Assembly: GCF_009914755.1 (NCBI RefSeq) | Contig: NC_060947.1 | Strand: one strand, 5' to 3' | Source: the human T2T-CHM13v2.0 reference genome, Homo sapiens | Length of the DNA stretch: 64,000 bases | Part shown: piece after piece, positions 58,980 to 64,000 of the stretch | Position numbering within the stretch: position 1 is the stretch's first letter | Layout of the letters: each line of letters starts with the position of its first letter | The notes under the pieces: model-generated | Seen by the model: the letters and a program-made list of their open reading frames with translations, nothing else | Database searches by the model: none | Told to the model about the DNA's origin: nothing | Position numbers and translations under genes: made by a program

Positions 58980-60620
58980 TGGATGCACAGGTTGGGTTTT
59001 CTGAAAGCAGGTGCTGAGACACAGTCTGGGATACAAGATGTTTAATTAGGGATCAATACTTGTGTAATGAATGAAGGTGAAGCAGGATTGGGCAAAAATA
59101 AATGTTAAACTGTGATTCAGGCCTAACAAAGCCTTAGTCAATCCTTACGGAAGCTCCAGATTAAATATTGCTCATCAGAGATTCCCTGCATAGGACTAGA
59201 ATGGCTAGGAATCTATTTCCCCACCTAACTCAATTATCAGATGCAGTCTGCCCTGGGAAGTTTGTGACCTTGGGAGAAGCGGGTTTCTGCACTTGAGCCA
59301 ATCTCTAAAGGTGATAACTAGTAGAGGCTGTCGGCTGACCACACTTGTAAAAACTGGACGGTGAGTCATTTCTTGAGTGCAGATCAAGGTAGCACATCCC
59401 TATTTCTAGATCTGAAGAAGCAGATCTAAACAATCCAAGACAATGTTATGGGGGCCAAAGAAGGACTGTCTAACCTGGACATGGGGGATGAGAAAAGGAT
59501 TGTTTAGATCTACTTGGATTGTTTAGATCTACTTCTTCAAATATTTTTGGGGAGCATCTCTTCCAAGATTATGGTAGACCATTTTCCTGAAAGGAAGGTT
59601 ACAATAGGGATGCTCAAAGAACAAATTAGAGCCCCTGCTATCACAGTTAGTCTTGGTATGGTAATAAATGCTTATTCTCTCTCTCTTCCACTATTAATTC
59701 ATAACCTCTTATGCTCAGCTACCACCTCACAGGTACTTAGGTAAATGACACAGAACCTCATTTCTGATAGGCCTAAGCCCCTTGTCACCATGCCTTCTCA
59801 GACCAAAGTCACTGTACCCTGCCATTCATTGTTAAAATTGAGCAATGGAGTATTAGAGGATGTCCAGGTAGATCACCTGGATTCTACATATTGCCAGACT
59901 AGTGTCTCTTCTTTTCTTTTTGCTGGTCCCTGGATACGAAGTGTTCAAAGTACCTAGGAAACCATGATAGCCTGTAGTTCGATGAAACGTTTTCCATCCC
60001 CTGACAGAAGTGTTTCCACTTGGGACCATGATCTCTTACCCAGCAGATCCCAGAGTTGACAGGAAAGGAAGCGAAAAGTCCTGCAGTAAGTCATTCAGAG
60101 AGATGGTATGAGGGGTGGCTCTTGCTTTCACCTTTTGGTTCCCAGACTCATGAAGTCTTATTTTCCATAGAAAAGTTATACAAATCAGATAGCCTAAAGG
60201 ATACTATCCCAATCTCACAGAACATCACCTCTATAGAGGTGATTAAGATAGGGCCTCAGTTGGCCATTCTAATATAATGTAAGATTAGTAGCCTCTGGGT
60301 CATGCAGAGGGTGATATAATCATTGGATCCTTTTGTCATGGGAATGCTCTCATACCTCTTATAATGTGGATTTGGTCTTCCAGTCTTCCAGTCTTACATG
60401 ATGTTATACATAATCTCATGCAAGTGGATCAAAAACTTTGTAAGCCTTCTGATAGTGGTGCTAGCTGCGACCCTGCAGGAAAGGCAAACAAGAAATTATT
60501 GCCTATTATTGTAAGAAATAGATGGAAATGGTGCAGCCAGGGAATGGATAAGAAGATGAGCAGGGTGTGGGGGATGGAAATGTATAGCCCTGAAGGAATA
60601 TGTGTGAAAGTCGCATCTTA
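58980..60620 (-). mobile_element. Old ERVL-class LTR plus adjacent internal remnant
   Basis: AGGTTGGGTTTTCTGAAAGCAGGTGCTGAGA...GAAGCAGGATTGGGCA LTR motifs, then GATAGTGGTGCTAGCTGCGACCCTGCAGGAAAGGCAAAC resembling ERVL internal sequence. Confidence 0.5.
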
Positions 60621-60699
60621 GAAACATAAGTCCATGGGAAGGCTTAGATATAATCAGAATATTAGGGAATTCCCCTCTCCTCCACACCTTCCCATCACA

Positions 60700-61700
60700 T
60701 CCTTGAGGTTTCAGTATAATAACAGTGGATTACAGCTGAAAGAACTGCAAGACATAGACACTCTCTGAAGAGGAGTATTTAAGAAAGCTGGAAGTCAAGA
60801 GTGGGGATAAAATCAATTATACTAGAGGGAGTTGAACCTTCTGGCACCTGTAGCTACAGCAAACATTAAATACAAGCTAACTTCTAGACAAATAAACATA
60901 AAACCTCATACAAATGGCCTATTTACTTCAGTCCCTCTTACACAATAAATTGCATTAGACATTCAACCAAAAATTATAATGCATACAGAAGGGAAAATAC
61001 ACCCCCACACACACACACTTACACACATACACACACTTACATGCATACACACACACCTGGCCCTACACAACAGTCAAAAAATCATCTGAATACACAAAGC
61101 AATCATCAGAGCCAAGTATGGCACAGATTCTCTTAATATCAGACAGAAAATTTAAAATAACTATGATTACTATATTAAAGCATCTAATGAAAATAGAGGA
61201 CAACATGCAAGAATAGATGGGTAAAACAAGCAAAAGTGAAAATTCTAAGATAGAATTCCCAATAATATGTTAGAAATCAAAAACTCTTCACGATAATGAA
61301 GAATGCCTTTGATAAACTAATCAGTAGACCTGACATGGCTGAGGGAAGAATCAGTGAGTGAAGATAGATTAGTAGAAACTTCCCAACATGAAATGCAAAA
61401 GGAAAAAAAAGAAAAAAGTAAAACAACAATAATTGTGGGATAATTTCAAAAGGCCTAAAGTATGCATAATTAGAATATTAGAAAGAGAATGATAAAAGAA
61501 TGGGGAAGAAGAAATATTTTAGGTAAAAATGGATGAGAACTTTGCAAAATTAGTGACAGACATGAAACTACAGAATCAGGAAGATAAGAGAACATCAATC
61601 AGAAAAACAAATTTTAAAAACTACAAATTAGTTACATAGTAACCTGCAGAAGATCCAAAGACAAAGAAAAAAATTGAAAGAAAATATTGGCAAACAGAAT
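60700..61700 (+). mobile_element. Old L1M (L1MC/MD-like) 5'/ORF1 remnant
   Basis: GAAGAATGCCTTTGAT..CTAATCAGTAGACCTGACATGGCTGAGG.AAGAATCAGTGAG; contains a (CA)n tract at about 61000-61056. Confidence 0.6.
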
Positions 61701-61979
61701 CCAGTAGCATTTGCAAAACATACTATTGTTTTCAAGTGACATTAACTCCAAAATTCCAAGCGAAGTCCTAACATGAGAAAATTTATTCACACAATTTAGT
61801 ATATAAGCCAGAGAAAAAAACTGGCAAATCAAGCATTTAATAAAATTTGGAAATTTTTTATTATATAAGCTCATAATCAAATTGGAATAGATGGATATCT
61901 TGTTAGAGAAAATTTTTTTAAAAAAACTATATAAATCAAATCAGATCTCACCTTTGTGATCAAAGAGAAATACCAGAGT

Positions 61980-62170
61980 AATGGTTTTCAAAGCTGAATG
62001 TTCAGAAGAGTCATCTGAGGAGTTTGGTTTAATGAGGAATTTAGGCAATGCCCCCAATACCTGAGAGTGTATGTTTATAGGAGAGACTTGGGAATTTGCA
62101 TTTTATTAAGAATCCATGTAATACTGATATAGTGGTCTATGAATTGCACTTTGAGAATCTACATTAGAGG
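61980..62170. mobile_element. MER5-type DNA transposon remnant
   Basis: GGTTTTCAAAG...CAGAAGAGTCATCTGAGGAG...GGAATTTGCATTTT...CACTTTGAGAA. Confidence 0.55.
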
Positions 62171-62369
62171 CATGGATTTCTAAGAGAGGCAATATTGTAT
62201 TGTAGAAAAGAGAACAGTTTCTGAGGTCACATTTTCTAGCTAGAATTCTTATAAGGTCATTCTGAATATGAAATAAACTTATTAGGAAAGCACTTAGAAT
62301 AGTGTCTTGCATATGGCACATTCTGAAAAATAGTCATCATTATTCTTATTAGTATGAATGTCTCTATCA

Positions 62370-63080
62370 TGAGTATCATTTAACATTGTTCTGAAAGAAG
62401 TCGACAATGCAATTACATAAGGCAAAGAAATAACGAGTTTTAGAAATGATGAGACATATCCGCATTAGGATTATTTGAATATCATATGATGTCGCAGCTG
62501 AAAATCTCAATGAACAAAAAAGCCATTAAAGAAACCCAGCATGTGACTGATTATAAAATTAACATAAATTATATATAACATATTAATGACATATAATTTA
62601 TAAAAGCAAGCACAGGGACGGAATAACCAGAAATTGACTTTACAGTAAATGTACAGGACAGTTTAGGAGAAAACTTTGAAACTTCACTTAGGGAGATAAA
62701 CCATACTTAAGTAAATGGCAAGAAAAGCCTTGTTCTTGCTTAGTAAGACTCCATATGGTAAAGCTGTCAATGTTCTCAAATTAATCTAAAAATTAAATTT
62801 TATCCTAACTAAAATGACAGTGTTATTGTTTATTAAAAATTTTGCAAACTGATTTTGGAAAAATAAAAATGTGAGGATACAGCTGGGGTGGGGATAGGGA
62901 ACAAAACTGAAAATGAGTATGGGGGCAGAAGGGGCAAGCATAGCTGATATTAAATTTACTCATAAATTAGAGTAGATAAAGCATTATAGCACTCATGTAG
63001 ATTTGGATCAAATATAGGATAATAGAGAGCCAAGAAACAGAACCCCAAATAGATGTAAACTTAGAATATAGTAAAGAGGG
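62370..63080 (+). mobile_element. Highly diverged L1ME-like ORF2 remnant
   Basis: TTTAACATTGTTCTGAA...CAATGCAAT..GGCAAAGAAATAA and AAATGG..CCTTGTTCTTG..AAGACTC.ATATGGTAAAG.TGTCAAT. Confidence 0.45.
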
Positions 63081-63199
63081 AGTACAGATATGCGCATGTG
63101 CACACACTCACACGCACACATACACACACACACTGCCTTCAGGGTCCCATTGGGCTTACGATGAAGTAGATGTTGGTCAGAATATCTGGCCCTCATAAA

Positions 63200-64000
63200 C
63201 CCAAATAACTACCAGGCTGTAATTATGTTCTAAATTCCCAGAAACTAGAATTGGTTCCATACCAATTTCTAGTCATGCTTGAGGTTTCTGTGAGTTTAAC
63301 TTTCTCCATTGAATTTTTGGTGGATCTGTGTTTCTGGACCGTGACCTTTACAAGTATTGCTCCAGGGTTATAGATTTTTTCTCTCTCTGTCTTTATTTCC
63401 ATTCCCTGGCTGCTGCATTTCTAATCAATTTCCTAGAAGCTCTGACTCTTCTTGACTAGATTTGTGCTTTTATCTCCCTTAGGTGAGACAGGAAGATTGG
63501 AAGGGGTAGAATGGAAGGAATATTTTTTTTTCTCCTCCTGCATGAAGATCTGGGAAAGTCTTTTATTTCCTGGAGAGTTGTTTTCTGTTATGGAAAAGAA
63601 TATGGATGTATTTCCCAATGATTACTCTTCACGTCCCCCAGCCAGGGCCAAGAGAAGATCTTTCTCAGATGCTTATCATAAGAATTTAGTGTTCTTGTAG
63701 TGAAAGTTTACATAGTTGTGGAGGCGTCCCCTAAAACTTTGGCCCCAGGAATTTCTCCATCGGGTGCCAGTACACATTCAGCCTCCCACAGTTTGTCAAA
63801 GTAGCCGTGTTCTTGCAGCTAATGGATTTGAGTGGCATTTTTCTAGGTAAGCAAATCTTGAGTCCTCTCTGTGGATGTTCCTGTATTTCTGGATTTTTCA
63901 GTGACAGCTCATCTTGAGACCTCAGTTCTCTGGTTTTCTCTGAAAGTCACTGATTTTATTTGTCCAGATTTTTAAAATTTATTTATTTGTTTTGTTTTTG
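63200..64000 (-). mobile_element. Old L1M (L1MC/MD-like) 5' region
   Basis: ACATTCAGCCTCC..CAGTTTGTCAAA and GACCTCAGTTCTCTG...TGATTTT..TTTGTCCAG.TTTTT motifs. Confidence 0.45.

Noticed and set aside
59514-60621. Run of short + strand ORFs
   Set aside because: Antisense frames of a decayed ERVL-like internal region; no intact retroviral gene.

Overview
Human genomic DNA, AT-rich and repeat-dense, with no host protein-coding exon that I can support. The dominant feature is a full-length L1HS-Ta element (46526-52611, + strand; diagnostics point to Ta-1nd). Its ORF1, ORF2 and antisense ORF0 are all open. It has a perfect 16-bp TSD, sits inside a MER5A, and carries a 13-nt non-L1 tag between two A-tails that looks like a micro 3' transduction. 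The rest is older repeat material: an LTR7 3' end, MaLR LTRs, ERVL remnants, L1PA/L1PB/L1M fragments (three with 5' inversions), Alus, L2/MIR, MER53, MER58A, MER5A and MADE1. Beyond repeat annotation, I see a recurring class of small templated-insertion or template-switch scars, where nearby sequence has been copied, inverted or duplicated: 3.55, 10.3-11.9, 25.2, 44.7-45.5, 54.1, 55.7, 57.8 and 59.4 kb. Subfamily calls come from remembered consensus sequences, and boundaries of old repeats are approximate. I found no evidence of a wholly new biological system.
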